DNA of 64,000 nucleotides from Antedon mediterranea (lineage: Eukaryota > Animalia > Echinodermata). Location: NCBI RefSeq assembly GCF_964355755.1, contig NC_092675.1, positions 17,828,912-17,892,911 on the forward strand, given 5' to 3'. Below are positions 1-13,300 of the stretch, one piece after another. A model generated the notes under the pieces. That model was given only the letters and a program-made list of their open reading frames with translations, was not told the DNA's origin and did not search any database. Position 1 is the first letter of the stretch, and each line of letters starts with the position of its first letter. The position numbers were made by a program, and so were the translations under genes.

Positions 1-126
1 CAGATATGAAATGTTAAGAACCTGAAATGAAATACATTACCTACTATTCTTATATTATGTGTCAAATGAAAAGAAGTACGGTAGGCCCCTAATAAGAAAG
101 ATAATTAACATCATAGGCCTACTTAC

Positions 127-278
127 CAGCTGAGCTAAAATGCTCAATAACATCACACGAAGGACCATGGTAAACCGTTTGACCCAAACTTAATAGATGA
201 ATTGTATCAAATAATCGGTAGATCGAGTAGCGTGGTTGGTGGATTGAAAAGATGATCGTTTTTCCTTTCTTCGAAAGC
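127..278 (-). CDS. ABCG2: ABCG2-like coding exon 6 (H-loop)
   Basis: LSKKGKTIIFSIHQPRYSIYRLFD...YHGP; 152 nt; donor GTAAGT. Confidence 0.93.
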
Positions 279-3200
279 CTAACAAAGCAACGAAAACCGA
301 TTGATAAAATAGTTAAATAAATAGTTCATTAAAGAGTATTACTCATAATTTAGATTTAGTCCTACAATCCCTTCAACACATTTTAAACAATAGTAAATTA
401 AACGTGAATAACCATATACAGTAATCCATTTCTGGTAGGCCTACGTCAGGTTTGTGGTTTGGAGCGCTTTCCCAAATACCAGAAGATCGTCTGAATTCAG
501 TGTATAATTTTATAATCTATGTTTTTTCATCCTATAATCCATGTTCGAACGATTTTCTTTGCAAATCGAAAGCTATTTTTCTACATACAAATCAAGTTCA
601 ATAGGTATTTAAACATTTGTCACGCCGCGGCGCTGTGGACATGTTTAGCTTCTCTTCCACCTCGGCCGGCGTTATTGGTCAAATTACTTGCGTTTCGCTT
701 AAGCGGGGCTTATGTCAACACGGAACTCAACTCATCAACTTAACTAGTTGCGCAAGAGCGCTTAAACTTGGTTCCCACTAATACGCGACGCAAAGACGTG
801 GTCGTGACGCCAAGTGATTTGACGAATGACAAGCCGCAGTACATAGCTTATGTACGTTGCGTCTTAATGGAAATCAAGCTTTATGTCGAGTAAGTGAACG
901 AAATTCGTGTTGTTCGACATCAACATTTACGATTACGGTCTTACATTGCGTCCAATGGGGAAAATTGACTCAAGTGATGACCGATTGTGATTAGATGATG
1001 AGTAGGCCTATATGCCTAATTGGTGATGAATCTGTCTTTAAAACGACAACAATAATATGAACCATGATAATGATGAAAAGACGATGTTCAATTGAGATTT
1101 AACGGTTTTAATAAGGAAAACCCAGTATTTTGTATTTTGAACAGTTTTAAGTAAAGTTATCTTTACTTCTTCCTTGGTAATACAGTCATTATACAAAAGG
1201 TTCGATTTATTTTAGGATATCGCCATAATACTAGATGTAAACAAGAAAAAAATATATCATAGTATAGGCCTACAAGGTTATTAGTATAAACTTGAAGGTA
1301 GGACACTTAGTCAACTTTATTATACAAAGATATTCCGTTTTATTATCGAATTACGACAGAAAATGATACATGCGCAGTTACCTGTGCAAACTAACACTAC
1401 GAACTATATAATGTACGGTACAGTTGATGGTATTTACATTGACGTTTGTTTAGCAAAAAGGAAATATTGTGTTTGAATAGATGTGATTGCCAAGCAAACT
1501 AAATAGGTCAATAAAAGGAGTGTTCTTTTGTTAACTTATTTGCCACGGATTAGAAAAGTTAGATCTAAGGTGCGAAACTTTCTTAAAATAAAATTCAAAG
1601 ATATTGCAATTTTACAGTTTCCCCCCGCGTTTGTTTGGTTATCAGTATAGAATGTTTTTTCCAGTATTTTGTATACGAACCTAGAGAGCAAGTTCATGAC
1701 TGAACTGGCAGTGTTGGCATCCAGTCCGGTGGTAGGCTCATCCAGAAAGAGTACTTCAGGTCTGGTTATCAATTCCATACCAACATTTGTTCTCTTTCGT
1801 TCGCCCCCTGAAACTCCACGGATAAATTCCGTACCAACCTGCCAAGCAATAAAATATGTTAATGCATATTGTGTGCCGTAGACAGTTTATGGTGGATGCT
1901 ATAAATAGTATGAGTGTTACGTGATGGACTTCCAACGAACCATGTGTACAGACATTAGGCTTTCATAGGTAATGATCGAAAGTCAAAAATAGTATGTAAA
2001 CATTTTTTTTTTCGTGAACCAAAAAGCATTGTAAAGAAGGCCGTGATCTACCACTTATAACCCAGAGTTGAAATATATTACTTCCTCGTCGTTCAGTTAA
2101 CGGGAAAATGTAAATAGATATCCTAAAGGATGGAGTTCTACTGTATAATGGCATTTCCTCGCAATAATGAACTTGAGATTTAATCGCATAAAGGTTTTAA
2201 ATAAACACTTCTGATAAAATTAAGAAAGTTTTATTTTACGGGGGAAACAGATTTTTACGTGCAACATTTTCTTTTAGAGCTCGTTGTTTATGTTTGAGTG
2301 TTTAGATAAACAGGAAGCGAATTTGGCAGTAAAAACAAACCTTTGTATCAGCACATTTTTCTAGGCCCAATTCCCTAATAACATCGTCCACTCTTTGGTT
2401 TCTATCTTCAGATTTTAATGAACTTGGAAGACGAAGAGCAGCAGAGAAGGTTAAGTTTTCTCGAATTGTCAACGTTCCCATAACTACATCATCCTAAAAA
2501 AAAGAAACGTACACCATCACCATCACTTAACTTACCTGGAATACCACCAGCTTGACGTAATTTATTCATCAATATCATAATCGTAATAGTTGTCATCCAG
2601 GAGCAGATATAGGATCGATTTCTGAGCGTTCTTAACGTTCTAAATGGATCGCGCCAGCTCCTGGATAAAATCGTTCTTTCCTAATTTCTAACCAGTAATA
2701 TCATTTACTGGGCGATAATTGGCTTACTCCGTTGGGTCTCACTGCTGTCGCATTTGTAATCATAATAGATTTTCATCGTCGCAACCAAAAGTAAAATATT
2801 AAAAAAATAGCATTTAACAACAAATATGCTGTTACTGTTACCTGAACGACATATCCTGAAACGAGTTTGAAATTAGAAGGCTGTATGTTTCCATCAATAA
2901 GTACGGTACCCTCCAGTCCTCGTGTCTCTTTTCGAGCGGCTAGAACATCCAGCAATCTGTACAGAAAATGCTTAAAATTGTAAGTTCATGACATTAGTTT
3001 CTTCACAGTAATATTCAAAACCCAGGGAAGGAAGAATAGGCTACTATAATCAGGTTTGTAAATGGTAGGCCTAGCATTATTTCGATTCAAAACGACAAAA
3101 GAAAAAACGCCATGATTTGTGAAAAACCTATTTGGGCTAAGATATAAATTGCTAATTGATTAATTTCAGGGGTGTTTGATTCACCATCCTGTCTGAGCTT

Positions 3201-5907
3201 GAACAGTTTTAAGTAAAGTTATCTTTACTTCTTCCTTGGTAATGCAGTCATTATACAAAAGGTTCGATTTATTTTAGGATATCGCCATAATACTAGATGT
3301 AAACAAGAAAACAATATATCATAGTATAGGCCTAAAAGGTTATTAGTATAAACTTGAAGGTAGGACACTTAGTAAACTTTATTATACAAAGATATTGTAT
3401 TCCGTTTTATTATCGAATTACGACAGAAAATGATACATGCGCAGTTACCTGTGCAAACTAACACTACGAACTATATAATGTACGGTACAGTTGATGGTAT
3501 TTACATTGACGTTTGTTTAGCAAAAAGGAAATATTGTGTTTGAATAGATGTGATTGCCAAGCAAACAAAATAGGTCAATAAAAGGAGTGTTCTTTTGTTA
3601 ACTTATTTGCCACGGATTGGAAAAGGTGCGAAACTTTCTTAAAATAAAATTTTACAGTTTCCCCCCGCGTTTGTTTGGTTATCAGTATAGAATTTTTTTT
3701 CAATGTTGAAATATTAAGTAAGTCTGTTGCATAGGCCTACACATTCTTTAATCAAATTTATCATAATAAATTTTACAGTTTATGTTGTGATTGCCAATTT
3801 GTTTTCAAAGGCCGGAAGTTTGGTTCTCATGTGAGACCGTTTCCATGCGCTTTGCAAAATAATAGGCCTAAAGCCATCCGGGTTACTTTTTCTTTATAGC
3901 TATTTTAGGCTAGTGAACCATCTGTAGACGGAGAGTGACGGTATTAAAATACATACAGACAATTATTTTAGTAGGCCTATGAGTGAGTAGGTGTCAGTAG
4001 GGGTAATAAAACAAACTATTTTACGAGTTTATTATTCCCAGGGACTAATAAATTAACAATTTTTTTTATTGTCTGTCTGCTCTACCCTTGTCTTATAAGT
4101 AGGCCTAATATTTTCTGAAACTATAATAAATGGTATGAAAGGATGTTGGAAACTAATAAAAACCAGAATTGAATGTAATATATAATGTATAGGTGTGTGC
4201 ATGTTTTATAAACCAAGATACTTACGATGTCTTACCACTTCCCGATGGTCCAAGAATGGCATTCATACCAGGTCTAAAAATACCACTGCAAAATAAACAA
4301 TTAACAATTATCTTTAATAATTGACCGTATAACTAAATTATTCTGTTCTTGCTGTCGCTTGAGAAGTATAGATTGTGAAGTTGTCAACTTCGCTGGATGT
4401 GAATTCGAAGATGATGCCGAGTACGAACACGACAATGATGATGGCCATAGGATGACAAATACGTCATAGATAGTAAAGTTGAAAGATGATTAGAACACCA
4501 TGATAGTGACGATGATGGTCTTAAGGCAACCAATAAATACTTGTTGAGCCTCAACTTTTAAATTGTATTTATTTTTTCTTAATGTACTATATTTTAATAG
4601 GGATCATCATCGAGTCATGCCACCATTCTGAAATAATAGTATAATACTGACACCAAAATCAGGAAAGGGTGACGATTATAGGTATATTATATAATATTGA
4701 CCTAATTGTTCACGGTACCGTTACATAGGTGCTTACGGTACGTTAGTTTCTTTCCATATAAATGTATTACAGTATCATCATTGGAGGTTGACGAACTATT
4801 TTTTAATAACAAAGATTACATATGCCTGATAGATAGGTATACAAGGTATTTGGAACTAGTTTCGGGTTAAACGCATAAACAAACAATAACAAAATTGGAA
4901 AGGCCATATAACAGTAATAAAAATGCAGAACCTGTAATAAACTTACATAATGCTTTCGAATAACAATACGAAGCTTTTTAAAACCGCCATTAATCCTACT
5001 ATAAATCCTACTACTGTATAATGACCGACAATGGTTAAGTCTCTCTGGCTACGAAAACGCACGTAGGACTTATATTATTTTTTAAATCATCGTTGAGTTC
5101 AGGTAGGAAATTAAGCCGTTACCTGTGTGTTTAGTTTCCGGATTATTCTTTTCAACTAGAAAATTATTATTTTCATGCTTCGGTTTTGTTAAACTGTAGG
5201 CATAATACTTTAGTTCAACCGTGGAGAAATTAGTTTCCTATGGTTCAATAAACTTTAAATTTTGATCAAATTTTAAATTGTAAGTATAAGAATATGTATT
5301 AAATTTAAATTAAATCTCGAGTTAGACTAAGAAAGAGCAGATGTAGATTCGTCGACATTATGAGAAATGACACAGATGCAATTTTGTCCTAGATGCTATA
5401 GGACCAATACATTTTAATCTATAGGTTAATCGAATATTTTATACTGTAACGAGTGTGCTTCTTTTCTCGTGCTCATAGTAGGTTTGTGGGAATCAATAGA
5501 TTAAGCCGAGCGACTCACCTGACTGTCTTCAGTATGAATTTGTTTACTTTCTTGCCGTCCACTTTAGCAGGAACTGTGTAGTTTAAGTCGTGAAAAGAGA
5601 GAACGGTCCCCATCTGGTCACCGAATCTGGGTTTAAGTCCATCACTGCTTGGCACACCATTCTTGTCAACTGTAGACTTGTCTATACTGACTTCAGTAGG
5701 AGAAGTAGTACTCTGTGTATTTGAAAATACAGTTGATTCGACAGCATTAGAGGTAGGCCTAATATATGCTTTAGGATTGTCATTACTATCGTTGAGTTCG
5801 TCTTTACCTACGTCCCCGTTTATGTCACTTGTCTGAGGTTCTCCGTTCGGAGGAATAACGTTTAACTCTTCTCCGCTTGTATCATAACCAACGTTCAAAG
5901 TTGCCAT
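127..5907 (-). CDS. ABCG2: ABCG2/BCRP-like ABC half-transporter, 5' part (NBD); gene continues beyond the left edge
   Basis: In-phase GT-AG exons 5907-5519, 4285-4226, 2956-2842, 2493-2341, 1838-1681, 278-127. They encode Walker A GPSGSGKTS, Q-loop SGYVVQDD, signature VSGGERKR, Walker B LFLDEPTTGLD and H-loop FSIHQPRYSI. Confidence 0.93.
764..882. mobile_element. MITE, family A (AAGCTTGGTTCCCACT termini), degenerate
   Basis: Terminal inverted repeats shared with copies at 13999, 46483, 50413 and 51091. Confidence 0.65.
1138..1653. repeat. ~500-bp dispersed duplication, copy 1 (ABCG2 intron)
   Basis: Near-identical to 3200-3693. Confidence 0.9.
1681..1838 (-). CDS. ABCG2: ABCG2-like coding exon 5 (signature, Walker B)
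   Basis: VGTEFIRGVSGGERKRTNVGMELI...LFLDEPTTGLDANTA; 158 nt. Confidence 0.94.
2341..2493 (-). CDS. ABCG2: ABCG2-like coding exon 4
   Basis: DDVVMGTLTIRENLTFSAALRLP...LGLEKCADTK; 153 nt. Confidence 0.93.
2842..2956 (-). CDS. ABCG2: ABCG2-like coding exon 3
   Basis: LLDVLAARK...SGYVVQ; 115 nt; AG/GT ends. Confidence 0.93.
3200..3693. repeat. ~500-bp dispersed duplication, copy 2 (ABCG2 intron)
   Basis: Near-identical to 1138-1653 with small indels. Confidence 0.9.
4226..4285 (-). CDS. ABCG2: ABCG2-like coding exon 2 (Walker A)
   Basis: TGCAG|...GIFRPGMNAILGPSGSGKTS...|GTAAGT; 60 nt. Confidence 0.93.
5519..5907 (-). CDS. ABCG2: ABCG2-like coding exon 1
   Basis: ATG at 5907; MATLNVGYD...LSFHDLNYTV...ILKTV; donor AG|GTGAGT. 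Confidence 0.85.
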
Positions 5908-8133
5908 TCTGAACAACAACACTTAACACCTGGCCTAACTAATAGCTGAACAATAATACACTAATAATTCAGATGTGAACAAAATAAAACAATTCTGCCG
6001 TTATCGATATCTACAACATCACGACCAAACGAAAATTAAAAGCTTTGATAAAAGAGCAGGCATAAGTAGTCAGTGTAGAAGAAACGTTTTACTTGCACAA
6101 AAATGTCACTCACAAATATTTCTTTTGTTTACTTGAGAGGAGTTTTGTTAGCAAAAGAATTGTTAAAGCGTGCTTCGGTGGTTTTTACTAATTCCTTCTC
6201 TGCAATTGGTCGATTTAATTGGAAGATTATAAATAGTCACGATATGGTATATAGGTGAAAGTTTATTATTGGTGAAGAATGTTTTATATCGGTGAAAGTT
6301 TATTAATTATCCATTTGAATTAACAAGCGTCACGCAATCCACACATTTGCGAATGATTCACCCTTCACTTTGCTTGGGACGTCCTTAATTTCCCCAGGGG
6401 GATAGATTAAGATTGATAAAATCTCAACACGTTCTGGAGTGTTGACAAAGTGAAGAGCGTTCTGATGAGTACAACATGAACATAGGTCGTCTGATTACAT
6501 AATATGTACCTCATCATATTCGGTAACTCGTTTTAAAACTCTCACCACATGTGGATGTAGATAGTGTTGATAGTTTGAATCCTTGGGGTAATCGTAAATC
6601 TAACAATCTTACCAGAAGTATGCCTATATAGGCCTACTTATTGTAGTCATATAGGCCTACTGCAAATTGCAATCGTTTTTTAAACTTAATAATGCAGTTT
6701 AATATTATATTTGGCCCTATCCCGCTTTTTAAAAATTTTCAATAAATTTTACTATAGTTGTATAGGCTTGACTTTATTTTGTATTTTTGAGTTTTATATT
6801 GAAATCATCAAACTGTGTTGTTTGTTATATTTATCGTTGTCTTTTAATTATTTTTTATTGATTTTGGCCAAATTCTTACCTTTAGTAAAGGTAAAAGGAA
6901 TGAAAGTTTTGATCACCTCAAGCGCTTCGCACGTACGGATGATCACGGACGGAGGTAACCATTTTTGTTAAAACAATATTAACACCATCCATGTTGAATG
7001 AACAATGCATTCACATTTGTGTATAATGCCACATTTCTGGTGTTAGTGGCCAACTGTTCATTTAACAAAAAATAAAATAAATAATTTATTCCTGTAAAAT
7101 ATGACAATATATTCCGTAATAATAATTGAATTAGACAGAATGCTTAATAATTGTTAGGTCTACAGTGAATAACGTAAGTAATTAAAGGTCTATTGTTTTG
7201 ATTATTATTTTTTTAAATATAAATTGATATCAAGTTTTTTTTTGTATTCGGCCAAGCTATTGAAACGACGATGGCGATCTGATTAATTGATTGAAATAAT
7301 ATAGTAGGCCGCGCCTATACCATCTGTCAATGGAATCCAACGTATTAAATTACACGCATGCAGAGAAGAAACGTACGACATAAAGCACGGAATTGGTGAT
7401 TTTAAAATACTGTAGTTCGTAGAAATTCTAATTTAAAAATCCGACAAACAACTCGTTGCCACGTAACTGCTTGGTTGGTTGTCACAACGTGCTGTAGGTC
7501 AACGCATGTTAAACGCATGTTATTGTTGTTCCACACAAAAATGTTACCGCTGCATTTATGTCTCTAAAAATCCATCAGTAATTTACTACGGATGACACAG
7601 ACATTAGTGTATAAAAATAACAGAAGAACTACACTAAGAATAATACAAATATACAATATATGTTAAAAAGGCTGAAAATAGAATCGAAAAGGCCTAGGTT
7701 ATCGGCATTGTAATCTGCAGTTATGCCAGAAGGAGACGACGCAATTAATCATCAACAAATATAACAGATGTCCTTACGGAGCCATCTTACCATTAGATTC
7801 GTTAGCTCATCATGGTCAGTTGTTTTTGTCCCAAAATCGCATGCATTTTCCATTATAATAGCTTAAAACTATACAATATTATATCGGGCTAAAACAATGT
7901 AATGGCGACTGATGGATGATCCCTTGTGTACAGATCTTTAGGCCAGGTCGATAGGAGGAGGCTGCATAAATAATATTATGATGATGATGATAGATGTCAA
8001 ACCAATAACGATCGATGCGCGAGCATGCAGCAGTTGATGATGTGAATTAGCGATGCGTAGAGAGCGCGGGAACTCAAATTGACTTTCGATCGATAGGCCT
8101 ACTATATTGATTGATTAGCATCATTTTTAGCAT

Positions 8134-8670
8134 ACCGTATTTATTAATAATAAATACAGTATATAATAATTTATTATTAAACGCCCGCCTTGAATAAACG
8201 CTCCCCACTAACATCGTTTGGAATAACCCCTCCACCTTTCGAATAAACTCCCCGGCGTTATTTTCTTTATCGAGTTAAACGATCAATATTGGAATAGTAT
8301 TTATTAGTAGAATTCCTTGATCTACGATTTACCTCATATGATATTTTATACAAATTTAACTGTCGCCTATTCTAGTAACACTTTTTGATATTATAGTGTT
8401 GTATTCTGGTGGAATGTATTTCATTTATGGAGGAAATATATATATTATAATATAACTGACTCTTTGAGTTATATATAGTAATTGTTTTGCTTTAGTTGCC
8501 CCTGACCATTGTGCTCTGTTTCTGTGTTTTGGTCGAATAAATAAATGAAATGAAATATACCATATTAGGCCTACACCAAAACAACTAGGCCTAATAGCTT
8601 CCAATAAACGGCTAAAACCCTTCCAAATATGTACAATAAACGCCCCGGGGAGTTTATTCTAAAATACGAT
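8134..8670. mobile_element. Degenerate non-autonomous DNA transposon (Tc1/pogo-like) with an internal LINE-like 3' tail
   Basis: TACCGTATTT...AAAATACGATA ends; repeated AATAAACGCCC motifs; internal AATAAATAAATGAAATGAAAT tail. Confidence 0.45.
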
Positions 8671-10243
8671 ATTATTTTAGGTTTGAATTTATCGACAATT
8701 TCAGAAGAGTGCCGTGAACCGGATCTGCACCGAATACAGGTTGGACAGCAACCAAGGAGAGTATTACCGATAGAAGACTAGCCTATATTACAGGGGCAAC
8801 GTTTAGAGAAAAAAGTCTTAAGCAGCATCTTTTTTCTTTTTATTTTGGTAGGAGGATAGACAGAGATTCCTCTTTCTCACTGAGCTCTGTGAATTCTGTT
8901 CCGGCAGTCATAATTATGGGAGCCTCAAAGTGCTTTTTCTTCTTGGTTAAATTATCTTTGGATATTTTACGGATTAAATCGCTTACAAACATTGTATTTA
9001 CTATATAAGACTAGCATTATTATTATTTGCTCTGCTCTTGGCCAGTTTAATTTTGATTAAACCATGATTAAACTATTATCTATGGTTATAACGTCTTTAT
9101 TAAATATAATTCGGCCCGTTAGATCCGTAAAGTTGGTAACTTATAACATGGTCAATAGAGAGGGCGCGTTTCTGTTTTTCTACAACGTAGAGGCAAATTC
9201 TTGTGTATTACGATGGTTTTTTTAAACTTTAATTAAGCATCGTTTTGGAACCAACCATCTCTCTTTACTTGTACATGGACAAATAAATATCCTCCAAATG
9301 CAACACAATTTAAACAAATTGTTTCTACAATGATTTCTTCATTCTGCACACAATTATTATTTCCACCAAAATCATAAAACAATTTACAAAACAGACTTTA
9401 ATATATCATTTTACAGGAAATCTAAAAATAATTATTTTAGTTCTTCAGAATATAAACAAATGTAAAGCTTTAATACTTAATATATAAAGCTTGTTTATAA
9501 AAAAAAAACCCAGTATTGCATCTTCAGGGATTTCTTCATCTGATATTACATTAATGTTACTAAATAGATCATAATTTCTATATAATTATATGTATGTATG
9601 TATGAAGTACTATATTTTACCATTTCAGTGGTTCTTCACAATATACACAAGTTCTGGGGTTCTCAACAGACAAAATGCAGCCTACGAGTGCATTATATGG
9701 CCCGCAAGGTGCTACTGCTAAATATAACATGTAGGCCTAACTTTACAAAGCGGTCCTTTAAACTCCATGAGATTCTGGGAGCTTCATCCCATAGACCACG
9801 GAAGTATGTTCTATATAAGATTAGATCTTAGATCGATATCTAGATATTTTTTATCTTTGATGTATGTGTTTTATGTTTTTGTTATCTGTCAAGGGGGTGT
9901 AGATAGAGGTGCTGGTCATCCTTTTCTTTTCGCTGCTTTTTGCCTTGTCAGTGATAAAGTATAATAAATTGTAAAAATAAATAAATAAGATTTGTAATTA
10001 CAATCACCCTGCGTTAGTAGGCCAACAACAATAAAATGTAACATTGTATAATCAAATGTATTCCTCCATGGTATAACACATACATATCAATCACTTGTTT
10101 AGAAAAAAGTATTAAAATATAAATCGAATAAAGTAATTTTCACTGGTATAATATACATTAGCCAAAACAAATAGAAATGAATAGAGTACATCCACATGTA
10201 GGCCCTACTAGACTACTGTAGGATTTGACAATACTAGGCTTTC

Positions 10244-10309
10244 TCAAGAGACAATAGACTTGAAATCTTCCGGGAGAGCTGGCATAGTTGCATCAATCAG
10301 GAGCGGTTT
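10244..10309 (-). CDS. TERT: TERT last coding exon
   Basis: KPLLIDATMPALPEDFKSIVS*, cf. PALPSDFKTILD*. Confidence 0.92.
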   Translation of the reverse strand, partial: KPLLIDATMPALPEDFKSIVS

Positions 10310-13300
10310 CTATGATAAAACAAAATTCAATACATAGTTCAAGTCAAACTAATGTAAAAAGAAACAACGATTTGGGTAAAATGGCCCAGGTATATGAGAC
10401 CTTAATGTCACTAATTCTAGGTTTTAACAAGATACTAAAGCAATTAACTTCACCTAAAACAAGCTAACCTGGTGATTGCTATTTCAGTGTTAACACCACG
10501 CTTGTAATTTTATTTTATTTCATCATCACCCTACAGTGACCATACATACAGGGTTTAAAGACACAACATATAATATAATTGGTCAAATCACTTTCATGCA
10601 GTTTGTGGGAACCATGTATTGCTTGCATGGACTATCGTTTTAAACACATCAAATATACAGATACATCATACAAATCACAATACAGAAGACATTTTACCAA
10701 ACGTTTTGGTATCTGTTGCTGTTTTCTCAAAAGTTTGATCAACTTTTTGTACAATGATGGATGCTGTTCAAACTTTGTTATTGCTGCTTTACAACCAAGC
10801 CTAAAAAAAAATATATAATGTTAAAATAAGGGAGTACAGTATTCGAGCAGATCTTACTGACTCTGTTCTGTATTTAAACTACAGCATTCTAGTATCATAT
10901 TATTTTAAAGTTTGCATAAAGCACTTTTACCAAACAGTAGGCCATGTAAACCTCAACCTGGTAATTAAGTACACTATTTGTATATTTAGGCTTATATTCT
11001 TAAAGATGTATGGGCCCCCAAAAGCATGAAAAATGAAGGTTATTTTGTAGTTTTAATAAGTAGAAAAAACAGGGGAAAAAAATGTTTTCACTTATTAAAT
11101 GAGAAAATAATTGGTTAAATTCAACCAAAAACCCATTGGCTGGCAGCCAATTTGATTTTTTTTCTCAGATAAATTAATTTCTTTTCGATCAAATTTTTGG
11201 TCAAAATGGATAACTATTATGTGACATTAAAATGGCATAATCAACCAAAAATGTTTTTCATGGGGACAATACATCTTTAATTTATATAGAATGGAAATAT
11301 TTGTATATTTAGGTTTATTTTTTAACTTATATAGAAGGTAATGGCATAGTTTAATAGAGATGAATAAGATAACATTCCAAACATATATAATCGCATCACC
11401 CAGGCCTAGTAATTCTAGAGATTGTATTAGTTATTTTTAAGAAACAAGACAAAAAAATTTGACCAATGTTATTACCAGATAACTTCAGATCGAGTGATTG
11501 TAAATGGCATTTGTTGTTTCTTTAAGTAAAACCTCTTTACTCTACGTCTGTAGAACTTTGAAAACAGCCTAAACAGCATACCTGCAGTTCAGACAAGGAT
11601 AAAGTTGTGAAATTATAGTGAGCAAACATAACATACATAACATAATACATGATAATAGTCAGTGAGCAGAGTAAAGCTCTGTGTACACTATCAAACTAGT
11701 TTGACAAAAAAAGTGTGGTGTGCCAAAATATATGGGCACGTCACACTTTGTCAAACTAGTTTGATAGTGTACACAGAGCTTAAGAGCCTCACCAAACTTG
11801 TTTTTAGCCCAATGTCTTAGATGATGATGTTCGATTTATATAGCGCTTATACAATTTAAAAGATTGTCCCAAAGCGCTGAACAGAAAGAAATTGCAAAGA
11901 AAAAAGAAGTTATGAAAACTATGATAGAGGATGCATTTTTAATAGGATCAGGAAGATTGTTCCACAGTTTAGGAGCTGCAACTGCAAAAGCTCGATCACC
12001 ATAGGTCTTAAGGTGGCTGGGTGGAACAAAAAGTACAGATGGATTAGCGGTCGACACAGAGCCACAGCAGCCTGCGTTTTCTACACTATTACCAACTTAA
12101 AATGTTTCAACTACAAATCTTAGAATATTGCATTGTTGAGAAAACAGACCACTTGAATAAATAAGCATGATCCTAGTTTACATTGAAGTAAAATCAGTAA
12201 GTACTGAAAAATCAACAATTTATATAAGCAACCCCGGTAGCTTGGGGTAACTGGCTGATTTATTTTTACGATGTTTCTGTATAATTAGACCAAAATGGTC
12301 ACTTCAATTTCTTTATTTATCTGAGGTCAAAGGATATTTACAATAAACAATTATAAATCTAACTTTATTGCAGATTTATACAATTTAAAGGCAACTTATC
12401 TTTGAAGGTTATTTATATTATGTCAGTATGTATAAAAATTATCAAACCTGTTTTAGTATTTTTTTAAACTAATTTCAAAATTACCATTTTACTTTTAAAA
12501 ATGTCCACACAGAGGTGGAATGAATGCATTTGCACAAATACAGGGTTAAAACCTTACCTTTAAAAGCTTTTGGATTTTGTTGTGGTTTATATTCCTGGGG
12601 CAAGGTGCGTTGATATGAGTGGAAACGGTATGCTTGCAACAGAAACATTTCATAAATATTCTTCAAACAGATTTCCTTTTTGTTGATCTATAATAAAAAT
12701 GTCATGACATTTGTTTTTAATGAGGGTGATCCATCCAGCATAAGCTGATCATTAGGGACCCTCAAACAATACAAAGAGTAAATACAAAATAAACTATAGA
12801 AATACAAAATTAACAAAGATATAAAAAATATTATTAAAACCAATGCACTATTATTGCTTGTTCAGGTAGGCCTAGTTAAGGTAGATTGTTCATAGTATGA
12901 AATAAATATCTTTTATATAAGATAGTAAACTCCTGTTGAATACATTTCTACAAATCAAAAAGATGAAATCACAAAAATGATTGTGAAATGCATACTTCAT
13001 AAAATGAGGGATCACAAAACATGTGAATATATCTAAAAATAATTTTGCAATAATCCTAAAAATTGTTTCACTCACTCACCTTGGGATCAACATAAATGGC
13101 GGTTTTTGTAAACATACTTTGACATAGTTTACTTTCCATGTTATTTATCAGATCTCCATACCTTGTAATGGACATAGTGAAACGCATGTCTACAAAGGAT
13201 AAAAATGGCAATAATTATCAAACTAGGAAAGTTTAGAAAGATAAATATAGGAAAGTGTTTTCATCACATGATCTAGAAAAGAAACTTCTGCCTAAAAAAT

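Noticed and set aside
1-23. Possible next ABCG2 exon after the TTTCAG acceptor at 22
   Set aside because: In the required phase it reads G-S-stop and lacks the expected NNPADF-like motif.
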